Part shown: one piece after another, positions 1 through 10,621 of the stretch
Numbering within the stretch: the first letter of the stretch is position 1
Layout of the letters: every line of letters starts with the position of its first letter
Assembly (NCBI GenBank): GCA_016926065.1
Contig: JAFGPI010000053.1
Location: 1-51,435 of the forward strand
Origin: Candidatus Krumholzibacteriota bacterium
GTDB taxonomy: Bacteria > Krumholzibacteriota > Krumholzibacteriia > Krumholzibacteriales > Krumholzibacteriaceae
Direction: 5' to 3'
Length of the DNA: 51,435 nt
The notes under the pieces: model-generated
Seen by the model: only the letters and a program-made list of their open reading frames with translations
Told to the model about the DNA's origin: nothing
Databases searched by the model: none
Made by a program: the position numbers and the translations under genes

Positions 1-758
<758 letters not shown>

Positions 759-778
759 TCAAGCTCCAGACCGACGAC

Positions 779-2143
779 CTAACCACGGGTTTCTTGCTTC
801 CTCTCGAAATACTTGCCCGGATTCAGCACTCCTTCCGGATCGAAAACACCCTTGACATCCCTCTGCAGCTGCATTTCCGGAGGCGAGAAGAGCAGCTCCA
901 AATACCGGTTCTTGGTGATCCCTATTCCGTGTTCGCCGCTGAGGGTTCCGCCCCATTCCACCACCCGGGTAAAGAGCCTTTCCACGAACAGCTCGGTGCG
1001 CTCAATTTCCCGCCGGTTACGACGGTCGGTCATAATATTGACGTGAAGGTTTCCATCGCCGCAGTGACCGAAAACGTAGCAATCGAGATCCAAATCCCCA
1101 GCCGCGGCCTGGATAAAGGATACCGCTTCTCCCAGCCTCCCCAGGGGCAGGGCAACATCCTCATTCACCTTGGTTATCCCCCGGCGGGCCAGGCTGGGAC
1201 TTATTGCTCTTCTCAGATCCCATAGTATCCCGCGTTCGCCCTCATCATGAGCGGCTATCCTGGAAAAATCCTTCCGCCGGCAGAAATCATCCAGTAAACG
1301 GTGTTGGGACTCAACCACTTCCCGGTTTCCGTCTATTTCCACGAAAAGATAGCTACGGCTCCTGTCCAGTCCCTTGATATCGCGGTAATCGCTGACGCAG
1401 TGCATGGTTTTGGAGTCGATATATTCCATCACGCTGGGGCAAAATCCTCTCCGGATGAGTTCCGCGGCGGCATCCATCAGGCGCTTATCGCTCTGCGTCG
1501 AAAGGAGCAGCGTGCGGTAAGCTTCGGGAGATGGCAAGATCCCCAGAGAGGCTGAGTATATGACACCCAGCGTCCCTTCCGCTCCGGGAAGCAGGGCCGC
1601 CGGTCCCTCCAGGGACGATTTGGTCACTTCCCCCCTGGTGCTCAGCCAGACCAGGGTACGAACGTATCGCCGGGTAACCCCATACTTATAGGCCCGCGGT
1701 CCACCGGCGTTTTCGGCAATATTTCCGCCCAGGGTTGATACTTTCATGCTGGCGGGATCGGGAGGATAGAAATACCCGTGAGGTTCAAGATAATCCTGCA
1801 GTTCCTGGTTGACCACCCCGCATTCTACCTCCACTTCGTAATTGTCCCGATCCAGGTGGATGATTCTTCTCAGCTTCTCCGTGGATATAACCACCCCTTC
1901 TCCGCCGGGCACCGCCCCCCCGGAAAATCCTGTTCCCGCCCCCCGAACATAGACCGGCACTTCCAATCGGGATGCTTCATGCAGGATCCGGGACAGATCG
2001 TCAATATGAGCGGGGAAAACCACCGCGTTACATTCTCCCCGGCGGCCGGTGGCATCGTAGCCGTAGGAGATCCGGTAGAAGGCCTGGGTAAAAAAGGTTA
2101 TATCCCGCAGCCGGAGAGTAAGCGCTTCAACTTTGGTGGTCAT
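779..2143 (-). CDS. FAD-linked oxidase (GlcD / D-lactate dehydrogenase family)
   Basis: 454-aa ORF. It has an N-terminal FAD-binding PCMH-type region (VVFPAHIDDLSRIL...VPVYVRGAGTGFSGGAVP) and the C-terminal family motif GTLSGEHGIGITKNRYL. Confidence 0.8.
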   Translation of the reverse strand: MTTKVEALTLRLRDITFFTQAFYRISYGYDATGRRGECNAVVFPAHIDDLSRILHEASRLEVPVYVRGAGTGFSGGAVPGGEGVVISTEKLRRIIHLDRDNYEVEVECGVVNQELQDYLEPHGYFYPPDPASMKVSTLGGNIAENAGGPRAYKYGVTRRYVRTLVWLSTRGEVTKSSLEGPAALLPGAEGTLGVIYSASLGILPSPEAYRTLLLSTQSDKRLMDAAAELIRRGFCPSVMEYIDSKTMHCVSDYRDIKGLDRSRSYLFVEIDGNREVVESQHRLLDDFCRRKDFSRIAAHDEGERGILWDLRRAISPSLARRGITKVNEDVALPLGRLGEAVSFIQAAAGDLDLDCYVFGHCGDGNLHVNIMTDRRNRREIERTELFVERLFTRVVEWGGTLSGEHGIGITKNRYLELLFSPPEMQLQRDVKGVFDPEGVLNPGKYFERKQETRG

Positions 2144-2161
2144 GTCGCTACCCGGTTTATC

Positions 2162-3385
2162 TTAAAGATAATCGTGGACAAACCGCTCGAAGCGATCCAG
2201 TGCCATATTCAGTTGCTCCTCGCCCGCCGCGAAGGAAAAGCGCACCATATTATCGCAACCGAACGGCCCACCCGGAATCAGCAGCAGTCCTTTTTCGTTG
2301 AGGAGTTTTTCACAGAACTGGCCGCTCCCGGTCACCCCACAGGGGCCATATAGCTCCGAAACATCGGCCAGGAAATAGAAGGCTCCCTCCGGTTGAGGAA
2401 AGGAGATCGCGGGAATCCTCGCTAACCTCGCACCAAACATATCCCGTCTTTTTTCAAATTCAGCCCTCATCTCTTCCCGCCTATCCGCTCCACTCTTAAG
2501 GGCCTCCAACGCCGCCCATTGGGAAATCGCGTTCGGGCAACCGGTGGCATGAGCCTGGTAGGCACCCATTCTATAGGAGAGTTCCTCTATGGCCAGGGCG
2601 AATCCTATGCGCCATCCGGTCATAGCATAACTTTTCGATACTCCGGTAATTACCACGCTAATATCCTTCAATCCGGGAACCAGTTTGACCGGGGAATAGT
2701 GTTTAATCCCGCCATAGGTGAGGAATTCGTAGATTTCATCGCTGATAATCCCGATCTTCTCCTCCAGCAGGAGTCGCCCCAAAGCCTCCATCTCTTCCCG
2801 GCTGTAAACGATCCCCGCCGGATTGTTGGGGGAATTCAAGAGGAGTACGCGGGGCCTGCCGGAATTGATTTCGGACTTCAATCTCTCCGCCGTTAATTTG
2901 TATCCCGTCTCCGCCGTTAATTCCACGATCCGGGGCCGGGCGCCCACCAGTTTCACCATTTCCGGATAACTTACCCAGTAGGGCGTGGTGATCATCACTT
3001 CGTCGCCGGCATCCGTCATGGTATAGAGAGCGTTAAAAATCGAATGCTTGGCGCCGTGGGAAATAACCACTTCCTTCCAGCCATAGGGGGAACCGAGTAA
3101 TCCGGTGTACGCTTCCGCCACGGCCTTCCTCAGGGGGACGATCCCGGCGGCCGGAGTGTATCTGGTTTTACCCTCCTGGATGGCCTTGATCCCCGCCGCC
3201 TTGATCAACTCCGGAGTCTCGAAATCGGGTTCTCCCGCGGCCAGCCCCACCACGTCTTCCCCGGCTTCCCGCAGAGCGTTGGCCTTGGTGTTTAAGCTCA
3301 AGGTTATGGATGGTTCGATATCGCTTGCTCTCTTGCTGACGATTCCCGACACGATAATTCCTCCTGGGGTATGTTGAGGGATCAT
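2162..3385 (-). CDS. PLP-dependent class I aminotransferase (aspartate aminotransferase-like)
   Basis: Motifs GEPDFETP, LLNSPNNPAG and SKSYAMTGWRIGF (Schiff-base Lys). The tracked ORF extends to 3448 but would overlap coaD by 55 nt. I chose the ATG at 3385 (MIPQHTPGG...); the ATG at 3409 is also possible. Confidence 0.85.
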   Translation of the reverse strand: MIPQHTPGGIIVSGIVSKRASDIEPSITLSLNTKANALREAGEDVVGLAAGEPDFETPELIKAAGIKAIQEGKTRYTPAAGIVPLRKAVAEAYTGLLGSPYGWKEVVISHGAKHSIFNALYTMTDAGDEVMITTPYWVSYPEMVKLVGARPRIVELTAETGYKLTAERLKSEINSGRPRVLLLNSPNNPAGIVYSREEMEALGRLLLEEKIGIISDEIYEFLTYGGIKHYSPVKLVPGLKDISVVITGVSKSYAMTGWRIGFALAIEELSYRMGAYQAHATGCPNAISQWAALEALKSGADRREEMRAEFEKRRDMFGARLARIPAISFPQPEGAFYFLADVSELYGPCGVTGSGQFCEKLLNEKGLLLIPGGPFGCDNMVRFSFAAGEEQLNMALDRFERFVHDYL

Positions 3386-3393
3386 TCCCGGTT

Positions 3394-3879
3394 CTACCGG
3401 GGCCGCCATTCCTTCAGTTTTTGAACCACGACCGGGGGTACCAAACAATCGATATCTCCCCCCAGCCTATAGATCTCCTTGACCAGGGAACTGTGAAGAT
3501 AGATATATTTCTCGCTGGGCATGAGAAACACCGTTTCAAAATCCGGATCCAATTTTCGGTTCATCAGGTTAATCATCAATTCGTACTCGAAATCGGATAC
3601 CGCCCTCAATCCCCTGATTACCACGTTGACTTTCCTTTTTTCGAATTCCTTCACCAGTAATCCGGCGAATGAAATCACACTCACACTCCCCATCCCCTTC
3701 AGGCTCTCCGCCACCAGCACGACCCTCTGCTCGAGGTTCAGCAAGGGCGCCTTATGCACGCCGGCGGCCACCGCCACTATGACCTCGTCAAAAATCCTGG
3801 ATACCCTTTCGACCAGATCTATATGCCCGTTGGTTATGGGATCGAAGGTCCCGGGATAGAGCGCTATCTTCTTTTTCAA
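3394..3879 (-). CDS. coaD: Phosphopantetheine adenylyltransferase
   Basis: 161 aa. N-terminal ALYPGTFDPITNGHIDL (nucleotidyltransferase HxGH motif); typical CoaD length. Confidence 0.95.
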   Translation of the reverse strand: MKKKIALYPGTFDPITNGHIDLVERVSRIFDEVIVAVAAGVHKAPLLNLEQRVVLVAESLKGMGSVSVISFAGLLVKEFEKRKVNVVIRGLRAVSDFEYELMINLMNRKLDPDFETVFLMPSEKYIYLHSSLVKEIYRLGGDIDCLVPPVVVQKLKEWRPR

Positions 3880-3910
3880 GTTGGCCTACCTTCTTCCCTG
3901 ATAATAAAAA

Positions 3911-4462
3911 TCATTCCCGGTATCTAAAATAGGTTACCAGGGTCTGTCCGAACTTCCTTACTCTCAGCTTTTCCAGCTTGCCGTTATCCTCTATTTGAAT
4001 TTCTTCCCCGCTCTCGATTATCAGGTACCGGCAAATTTCCCGGCCGGCCTTGCTCAGCATGGAAGCCACCCGGCCGGCCAATTTACTGGAATAGGGCGGA
4101 TCGGCGAATATTATATCATAGACGGAACCGGTTTTGATCGTTTTTTCCAGGAATTTAATGGCATCCCCCCGGTGGATCCTCACCTCTTCCCGGGAAAGTC
4201 CGCACTTCTCTATGTTACCCTGCAGCGCTCGCAGGATATTCTTATCCTGTTCGACGAATACCGACCGCTTGGCACCCCTGCTTAAAGCCTCTATCCCCAG
4301 GGAGCCGGAGCCGGCGAAAAGATCCAGAATAACCGCACCCTGAATCTCGCCGTAAAGGGTATCCAGTACCGAGCCTTTAACGATTTGGGCGGTGGGACGG
4401 AACTGGGGGCCATGCCCGCCCCGGAGCGTTATGCCCTTCATTTTTCCGGCGATGACCTTCAA
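3911..4462 (-). CDS. rsmD: 16S rRNA (guanine-N2)-methyltransferase RsmD
   Basis: SAM-binding DLFAGSGSLGIEALSRG and catalytic IFADPPY. The tracked ORF runs to 4609, but that extension is a P/R/G-rich non-conserved stretch. A TTG at 4462 (LKVIAGKMKGITL, the usual RsmD N-terminus) is preceded by GGGGGAG. Confidence 0.85.
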   Translation of the reverse strand: MKVIAGKMKGITLRGGHGPQFRPTAQIVKGSVLDTLYGEIQGAVILDLFAGSGSLGIEALSRGAKRSVFVEQDKNILRALQGNIEKCGLSREEVRIHRGDAIKFLEKTIKTGSVYDIIFADPPYSSKLAGRVASMLSKAGREICRYLIIESGEEIQIEDNGKLEKLRVRKFGQTLVTYFRYRE

Positions 4463-4757
4463 TCCTGCTCCCCCGTCAGTGCCCAATCCCGGATACTCCC
4501 TTTCCGGCATGTGGAGGATAAAAGACGGAGCCTCCCGGGGCAAGGAAAAACGGCGGGGAATGTTCGGCTTTCCTGGCGATCCGCGGGGAAAGGAGGGATT
4601 GAGCGGCAAAGGACGGCGGCCGGGCCTTCCCCCTCAGAGTGGAGGGATGGATTGACGGCGGTATCCGCGGCCGCTCCGGCCGTGATTAGGCCGGCTATCA
4701 CGGCGGAACCGGGGAGCCCTCACCGGGGGGGAAAGACAGCGGATCGCCTTCCCGGAC

Positions 4758-4796
4758 AAAAAAAGCTCCCGGGAGTCAGGAATAACTCCCGGGAGC
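4758..4796 (-). terminator. Intrinsic terminator after pilQ
   Basis: Minus-strand RNA: GCUCCCGGGAGU-uauuccug-ACUCCCGGGAGC (12-bp perfect stem) followed by U7. It lies 27 nt downstream of the pilQ stop. Confidence 0.85.
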
Positions 4797-4822
4797 ACGA
4801 CGGTTAAGTGGAGGGGGCAAGG

Positions 4823-6868
4823 TTATTCCACTATCGTCGGAGTAACAAAAATCACCAGTTCCTGCTTTTTATTGGCGGTTGATTTTTTGGAAAAGGCCCT
4901 GCCCAGGAAGGGGATATCCTTTAAGAAAGGTATGCCCTCTATGACTTCGGTATCCACCTTTTTAATCAATCCACCGATAACGGCGGTTTCACCGTTATTC
5001 ACGTTTACCCTGGTATCGGCCTCGGCCGTAGCGATGATCACGCCTCCCTGGGAGGTTGACTCCGACTGGAGTTCGCTGACTTCAGGATGCAGATCCAGGG
5101 TGATGGTACGGTCGGTATTTACGTGAGGAACGACCTTGAGCATGATTCCAACCTTGGTCAACTCGGTGATCGGATTTCCGGCTTCATCGGCCACGATCAG
5201 CGGTATTTCCTTACCCACCAGGATACTGGCTTCCCGGTTATCCATGGTGGTGATCCGCGGGTTGGAAATAATATTGGCCTGGTTCGATTTTTCCAGCATC
5301 TGAATGATGGCGTTGAGCTCTCCCCAGGAGCGGACCGTTCCAAATCTTATATTGCCGACTGAATTGGTGATATCGGCGTTCACATCGGCGCTTCCGCTGA
5401 CTCCTCTTTTGTAGAAGTTCATGACGCCCCAGTTGACACCCAATTCCCGGGCCGCTTCCACATCGAGTTCGACCAGTTTGGCGTTTATGTCAACCTGGAA
5501 AGTTTTCTTATCCAGGGATTTCACCAATCCCTCAATTTTATCGAGATTCTTTTCGATGTCCGTAACCACCAGGGAGTTGCTCCCCAGATCGACATCGATC
5601 TGTCCCCGGCTGGACACGATATTCTGCAGCGCGTCCTTCATCTCCTTGGCATCGGAATTGTTGACGAAGATGATGCGGGTTTCCAGCGGAAGCAGATCAT
5701 CGCCCTTCCTGGCGGCCGTCTTCTGATCCAGCTCCTCCTTCATCAAGGATGACATTTCCGCCACCCTTATCATCCCGTATTCCTCCCGGTAACCGTATCC
5801 GTGGGCCTTCAGGAGGATATCCAGCGCCTCCTCCCAGGGACAATCCTTTATGTGAACATAGACATCTCCCTTCACATCCTTGCCGGAAACGATATTCACT
5901 CCGGCGAAGTCGGAGATGGTTCTGAGGACGGTTTTGATGTCCGCACCCTGGGCATCGATTGTGATCTTGCGCGATCCCATGGGCATGCCGCTGCCGCTGG
6001 CCGGCGCTCCCCTTACGTAGGACTCCGACCAGGGAAGAGATTCCGCCGCCGGGGGCGATTTGACCGCCGGTGAAGGCTTGACCGATTCTATCACCGGGGC
6101 CGGAACCGTGCTCTGCTGCGACTGCAATGGCCCGGGAAAAGCGTCCTTTTTTACCTCCTGGGTCTTGATCCAGGGCGAGGAAGCGGTTTTTACTTCCTTC
6201 ATCTCGGCCGGCCTAATGCCGGCCTTCTCCTTTACCGGCGCCTCGGCGGCCCGTGTCACCGCGGGTTTGCTCTCCCCCGCTGCCTCTTTCTCGGCCGCCG
6301 GCTCCAGCAGGGGGAAAACCGGACCCAGGTTGGCCGCGGGCAGCGTTTTGGCCGTTGCCGGGACCGCCGTTTCGGTCCTCTTTTCGGTTACCGGAATGAG
6401 CGGTTCGCCCTTTTCCCTGTGAGCGCTTTCCAGCGGGCGAAGGGACTCCCCGTTACCGGTTATTTCCACTACCTGGATATCGCCCTGGTTGAACAACTGA
6501 TATTTTACCTTCTGTTTTAGATCGATAACGATCCGGCTGATCAGCCTCGGTTCCACCTGGTACTGGCTGGTACGCACCCGGTATATGTAGGGATTTTCCG
6601 CGTTACCGGTAATCCCGTTCAAATCGTACCGGGCTCCGATACAATCCACTACCAAACGGTCGGGTTCATTGACCATGAAGGCCTTGAATTCAATATCGCC
6701 TACCTTACTGATCTCCAGTCTGATTTTACCGGCCGAAGGAACGATATTGAGACCATTGATCTCCGGTTCCAGATTCCCCGCCTCGATACCGAAGCAAGGC
6801 AATAATGATACTGCCAGAAAGATCAGAGCAAGTTTGCGGATACTCAGCATCTTATTCTCCTTTTTCAT
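4823..6868 (-). CDS. pilQ: Type IV pilus secretin PilQ
   Basis: 681 aa with a signal peptide, an AMIN-like N-domain and a long P/A/E/K-rich linker. The C-terminal secretin domain contains NPRITTMDNREASILVGKEIP and IPFLKDIPFLGRAFS. It is the last gene of pilMNOPQ. Confidence 0.93.
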   Translation of the reverse strand: MKKENKMLSIRKLALIFLAVSLLPCFGIEAGNLEPEINGLNIVPSAGKIRLEISKVGDIEFKAFMVNEPDRLVVDCIGARYDLNGITGNAENPYIYRVRTSQYQVEPRLISRIVIDLKQKVKYQLFNQGDIQVVEITGNGESLRPLESAHREKGEPLIPVTEKRTETAVPATAKTLPAANLGPVFPLLEPAAEKEAAGESKPAVTRAAEAPVKEKAGIRPAEMKEVKTASSPWIKTQEVKKDAFPGPLQSQQSTVPAPVIESVKPSPAVKSPPAAESLPWSESYVRGAPASGSGMPMGSRKITIDAQGADIKTVLRTISDFAGVNIVSGKDVKGDVYVHIKDCPWEEALDILLKAHGYGYREEYGMIRVAEMSSLMKEELDQKTAARKGDDLLPLETRIIFVNNSDAKEMKDALQNIVSSRGQIDVDLGSNSLVVTDIEKNLDKIEGLVKSLDKKTFQVDINAKLVELDVEAARELGVNWGVMNFYKRGVSGSADVNADITNSVGNIRFGTVRSWGELNAIIQMLEKSNQANIISNPRITTMDNREASILVGKEIPLIVADEAGNPITELTKVGIMLKVVPHVNTDRTITLDLHPEVSELQSESTSQGGVIIATAEADTRVNVNNGETAVIGGLIKKVDTEVIEGIPFLKDIPFLGRAFSKKSTANKKQELVIFVTPTIVE

Positions 6869-7286
6869 TCTTATCCTCCAGCCGGAGGGTCACCGTAGTG
6901 GTTTGTCCGAACATCGCTATTCTGGCAATTACCGAACGGTCTCCCACCGAAACAATACTGCCGTTGCGCACCGGATCGCCCGCTTTCAGTATGTAACCAT
7001 AACCATTGTTATCCTCGAGCATGGCAAATCTTTCCAATCCGCCGGAAAGAACCCCCACCAGCTTTACTCCGTAAATATTTACCAGCTCATATTCTGATTC
7101 CTCGAATTCACCGGTCACCAGGCTACGGAATGGATCTCTTCTATTGAAGGCTTTGTAATAGTATCTCTTTTCCCGGAGTGTCTTGGAATCGGCATCCTTA
7201 TCCTCCGCGCACGCCGGCGAAGGCGGTATTGTCGCCATGAGGAAAATAACCGAGATGACGAATCCCCAGAGAACCATCCTGGACAT
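6852..7286 (-). CDS. pilP: PilP-like pilus assembly lipoprotein
   Basis: Positioned between pilO and pilQ. It has a hydrophobic leader ending in the lipobox-like PSPAC, an RRDPF motif and a C-terminal beta-domain (LVGVLSGG...AMLEDNNGYGYILKAGD). I chose the start at the ATG at 7286 rather than 7313. Confidence 0.6.
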   Translation of the reverse strand: MSRMVLWGFVISVIFLMATIPPSPACAEDKDADSKTLREKRYYYKAFNRRDPFRSLVTGEFEESEYELVNIYGVKLVGVLSGGLERFAMLEDNNGYGYILKAGDPVRNGSIVSVGDRSVIARIAMFGQTTTVTLRLEDKNEKGE

Positions 7287-7287
7287 A

Positions 7288-7914
7288 TTACATATTCGTT
7301 TTCTCGTTCTCATTTACCACTTCACCACCTTCCTGCAGCGTATACGCGGTCATGACCATTTCCGCTTCCACGGTATAAGTTCTACCCAGTTTGTATTTGT
7401 CATTTATTTCATTATCCTTCAAAGGCCTGATGCGAAGGTTGGAAACGTTGATGATCCGGTCGAGATTGGCCACTTTGGAAAGGAATACTCCGATCTCGTG
7501 ATATTCCCCCCGTACCATCACCCTAACCGGATTTTCCGTTACAAATTCACGCCTTACCGGCGGCTTGGGCTCAAAGAGGGTGAAATCCACGCCCGCTTGG
7601 CTCCCCGCCCGGGTCACCTTGCGCAGCAGCTGCGACACTTCCTTTTCCTGGGGAAGCAGGCCCTGGGCGGCCACCCATTTCTCGTGCAGCCGGTGGTATT
7701 CCTTCTCTAGCTTGGCCAAATTGCCGACGGTCCTTCTGGCTTTTTCCAGCTCGGCGCTCATCTTTTCATACTCCGATGACAAAGTCCCGATCTTGGCTCT
7801 CATGGGAGGATGAAAGAACGGCATGAAAGACGTGAAAAAGTAGACATAACCTAGGATTACAATCAGTATCACTACGATGATCGTCTTTTGTACCTGGGGA
7901 TCCTTAAAATCCAT
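7288..7914 (-). CDS. pilO: PilO pilus assembly protein
   Basis: 208 aa with one N-terminal TM helix followed by a coiled-coil-like region. Synteny between pilN and pilP. Confidence 0.75.
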   Translation of the reverse strand: MDFKDPQVQKTIIVVILIVILGYVYFFTSFMPFFHPPMRAKIGTLSSEYEKMSAELEKARRTVGNLAKLEKEYHRLHEKWVAAQGLLPQEKEVSQLLRKVTRAGSQAGVDFTLFEPKPPVRREFVTENPVRVMVRGEYHEIGVFLSKVANLDRIINVSNLRIRPLKDNEINDKYKLGRTYTVEAEMVMTAYTLQEGGEVVNENEKTNM

Positions 7915-7931
7915 TTTCCATCCTCTTTTCT

Positions 7932-8486
7932 CTATTGAGGCATTACGTTGGCGTTCAAGCTGAACTTCATCACTTCCCTGTCTTTTATCTCTCCCTTTTC
8001 GGCCTTACGCAGATCGACATGAGTGAAGACCGGAGATGATTCGAGGTTGGTGATCATGTCCGCGACCGTAAAATTATTGAAAGCTATTCCGTCAATATTG
8101 AAATTATTAGGAGAAAGCTCGGTAATATCCGTAAGCCAACAGTTGGAGGGCAATTTGTAACTGATGTCACTCATCAGCTTTACCCTGAAGTACCTGAACT
8201 TGTCCAACGACGTTATCAGGTTGAGCCGCCGGTCGACTTCCTCGCGTTCCTTGGTGATCTGTTTTATCTTTGCCAGCTGCGGCGCCAGGGCCTTCGATTC
8301 CTCGGTGGCAATGCTTATCTTCTTTTCCAGCACACTCACCTTGTGGTGCTGCATGAATCCGATGGTGAATACGGCGATAAAAAACGCGGCCACGCCGACC
8401 ACCAGATAGATGGTGGACATCTCGGGCAAATGAAATTCCCGTTTTTTGGCCCTGTCCTCAGGTGGAAGGAGGTTGATTCTAATCAT
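7932..8486 (-). CDS. pilN: PilN pilus assembly protein
   Basis: Starts MIRINLLPPE (conserved PilM-binding INLLP peptide), followed by a single TM. Its start shares one nucleotide with the pilM stop (TAATG). Confidence 0.85.
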   Translation of the reverse strand: MIRINLLPPEDRAKKREFHLPEMSTIYLVVGVAAFFIAVFTIGFMQHHKVSVLEKKISIATEESKALAPQLAKIKQITKEREEVDRRLNLITSLDKFRYFRVKLMSDISYKLPSNCWLTDITELSPNNFNIDGIAFNNFTVADMITNLESSPVFTHVDLRKAEKGEIKDREVMKFSLNANVMPQ

Positions 8487-9574
8487 TACTTGCCCCCCTT
8501 TCTCAAAGCCAGACCTATTCCAACAGTCAATAAGGGAGCAATGCTGTCCAGGTCCTCTTCAAATTCTCCAAAAACTCCTTCCTCGTATTCAATCCCCTGC
8601 AGGGGGTTGTGAATCGAGAAATCGATGCCGTGTTTTTCGGATAGAATCTCAATCAGGAAGGGTATCCGGGCTCCGCCTCCGCTCAGGGCCGCCTGGTTTA
8701 TCTCCTCGGCGTCCCCGGAAGCTTTCAAAAACGCAAGGGAGCGCTCGATACCCAGGGAGAGATCTCCGGAACATTCTTTCACGACCTTTTTTATCTTGTC
8801 CTGATCGATCTCGCCCATGTCACCGGAGACTATTTTCTGCGCTTCTTCGTAATCAACGCCCAGGTCCTTCTGAAACGCTTCTATGAATCTCCGGCAACCC
8901 ACGCTGATATCCCGGGTAAAATGCGGACAGTTATCCTGGATTATATTTATGTTGGTGACGTCCGATCCGATGTTGATCAAGCCGATCACCTTTTTTTCAT
9001 CTCCGGTTTCTTCCTCGTCCCGGAGGGCGCGCTGGTTGACTTCAAAACAGTTCTGTACGGCGAAAGAATCAACATCGATGATGATGGGCGACAACTCCGC
9101 GTCCCGGATCAGGCTGGCGTGCACGTTAACCATATCCTTCTTGGCGGCCACCAGCAAAACTTCCATTTGATTGGCCCCGATATCCTCTTGGAGGATCTGG
9201 AAATCCAGACATACATCGTCGATATCGAACGGAACATGCTGTTCCGCCTCCCAGAAGATCGCTTCCTGGGCGTCCTCGGGAGCCATCTTATCCATGACCA
9301 CCTTCTTGGCGATGACCGCCCGGCCCGAGACGGCGGAAACCACGTTGCTGGTGGTTATCCCGGCCTGTTCCATGCATTCGGTGATTCCATCGATAACCAG
9401 GTTGCGATCCATGATCTCACCTTCAACGATGGCCTCGGGTAGGAGCCTGTTTAATCCAAAATGCACAATCCTGGGAACATCACCCGAATGATCTATCTCC
9501 ACGATCTTGATCATGCTCGAGCCGATGTCCAGGCCAACTGTTGAGGATTTTTTCCTGAACGGTAAAGAGATCAT
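8486..9574 (-). CDS. pilM: PilM, actin-like pilus assembly ATPase
   Basis: 362 aa. FtsA/MreB-like phosphate-1 motif VGLDIGSSMIKIVE. First gene of pilMNOPQ. Confidence 0.9.
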   Translation of the reverse strand: MISLPFRKKSSTVGLDIGSSMIKIVEIDHSGDVPRIVHFGLNRLLPEAIVEGEIMDRNLVIDGITECMEQAGITTSNVVSAVSGRAVIAKKVVMDKMAPEDAQEAIFWEAEQHVPFDIDDVCLDFQILQEDIGANQMEVLLVAAKKDMVNVHASLIRDAELSPIIIDVDSFAVQNCFEVNQRALRDEEETGDEKKVIGLINIGSDVTNINIIQDNCPHFTRDISVGCRRFIEAFQKDLGVDYEEAQKIVSGDMGEIDQDKIKKVVKECSGDLSLGIERSLAFLKASGDAEEINQAALSGGGARIPFLIEILSEKHGIDFSIHNPLQGIEYEEGVFGEFEEDLDSIAPLLTVGIGLALRKGGK

Positions 9575-9699
9575 TCTCGCACCCGCCTTGTTATTACTCT
9601 GGAAACTGCCCGGCTTCTGCCCAACAATTCAGAAAACGTGAAAAAAAACACTCAGAATTCGAATAATATATGGCTTTTCCTCCTCGTCTCTACCTTACA

Positions 9700-9715
9700 C
9701 GCAACAAATGTGCCA
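9700..9715 (-). promoter_or_regulatory. sigma54 (-24/-12) promoter upstream of pilM
   Basis: The minus strand reads TGGCACATTTGTTGCG against the consensus TGGCAC-N5-TTGCW, with correct GG/GC spacing. It is intergenic, 126-141 nt upstream of the pilM ATG. Confidence 0.7.
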
Positions 9716-9856
9716 AAGGATAATCCGGCATTGCTCTTGCAATTTGCTTTATTACTTTAAGTTATGTATAAGGTGACAAATATGTCCGGCAGATTTTGCC
9801 CTAATTGCAAATTTTTTATGCAAAGTGCCAGTCCGCGAAATAAAGGGGAAAACAGC

Positions 9857-10621
9857 CTAAAATTGAACATAATAACAAGCCAGTAACCGTGATCCGAAGA
9901 ACAGGCAGAAGGCGGCGGCGGGGGCCAGGAAGGAGCCGAAAGCGACCGCGGTCCTTCCCTCTTTCCCGGAGCGCAGGAGTATGATCCCGTAAACCGATCC
10001 AAAGAAGGAAGCGATAACTATCACGGGGAGAACCAGGCCGATACCCAGAAATGCCCCGATCATCCCCATCAATTTAACATCGCCTCCTCCCATTCCGTCC
10101 GTGTGGCGGAAATGCTTATAGACCGCTCCCACCAGCCACAGTCCGCCTCCTCCGGCCAGGGCGCCGGAGAGCGAGGCGAGCAAGGTCAATCCCGGATTCA
10201 CCAGACTCCAGATTATTCCCAGGAGGATAAAGGACAGGCTAATCTCGTCCGGAATGATACGGTGCTCCCAATCTATCAGGGTAACCGCTAAAAGGGCCAT
10301 CAGGAAAAAATAGATGAAGACCACGTCCACTCCCACCCCGAACCGGTAAACCGAATAGAGCGCCAGCGCCAAACCGGAAAGCTCCACCGCCGGATAGCGC
10401 CAGGGGATCTTCACCCCGCAGCTTCCGCATTTACCGCGCAGCAATATAAAACTTGCCACCGGAATATTTTCGTACCAGGGAATACCGCGTTTGCACCCGG
10501 GGCAGTAGGAACGCGGTTTCACCACCGATTCTCCCCGGGGAAGCCGGTGGATTACCACGTTTAAAAAGCTGCCCATGACCAAACCGGCGAAAATAGTGGT
10601 AATCAACACTAATGGAGTCAT
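9857..10621 (-). CDS. pilD: Prepilin peptidase / N-methyltransferase PilD (A24 family)
   Basis: 254 aa, polytopic. It has the CPGC...CGSCG zinc-binding pair and the catalytic-Asp region GMGGGDVKLMG. Confidence 0.93.
   Translation of the reverse strand: MTPLVLITTIFAGLVMGSFLNVVIHRLPRGESVVKPRSYCPGCKRGIPWYENIPVASFILLRGKCGSCGVKIPWRYPAVELSGLALALYSVYRFGVGVDVVFIYFFLMALLAVTLIDWEHRIIPDEISLSFILLGIIWSLVNPGLTLLASLSGALAGGGGLWLVGAVYKHFRHTDGMGGGDVKLMGMIGAFLGIGLVLPVIVIASFFGSVYGIILLRSGKEGRTAVAFGSFLAPAAAFCLFFGSRLLACYYVQF

Noticed and set aside
4385-4807. 140-aa plus-strand ORF, plus other short ORFs, in the pilQ-rsmD spacer.
   Set aside because: Low-complexity G/P/R/A composition. The ORF spans the pilQ terminator hairpin and has no RBS.
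9806-9830. TGGCAC followed closely by TTTGCA (minus strand), upstream of the chosen pilM promoter.
   Set aside because: The GG-to-GC spacing is 8 nt rather than 12, so it is not a functional -24/-12 arrangement.
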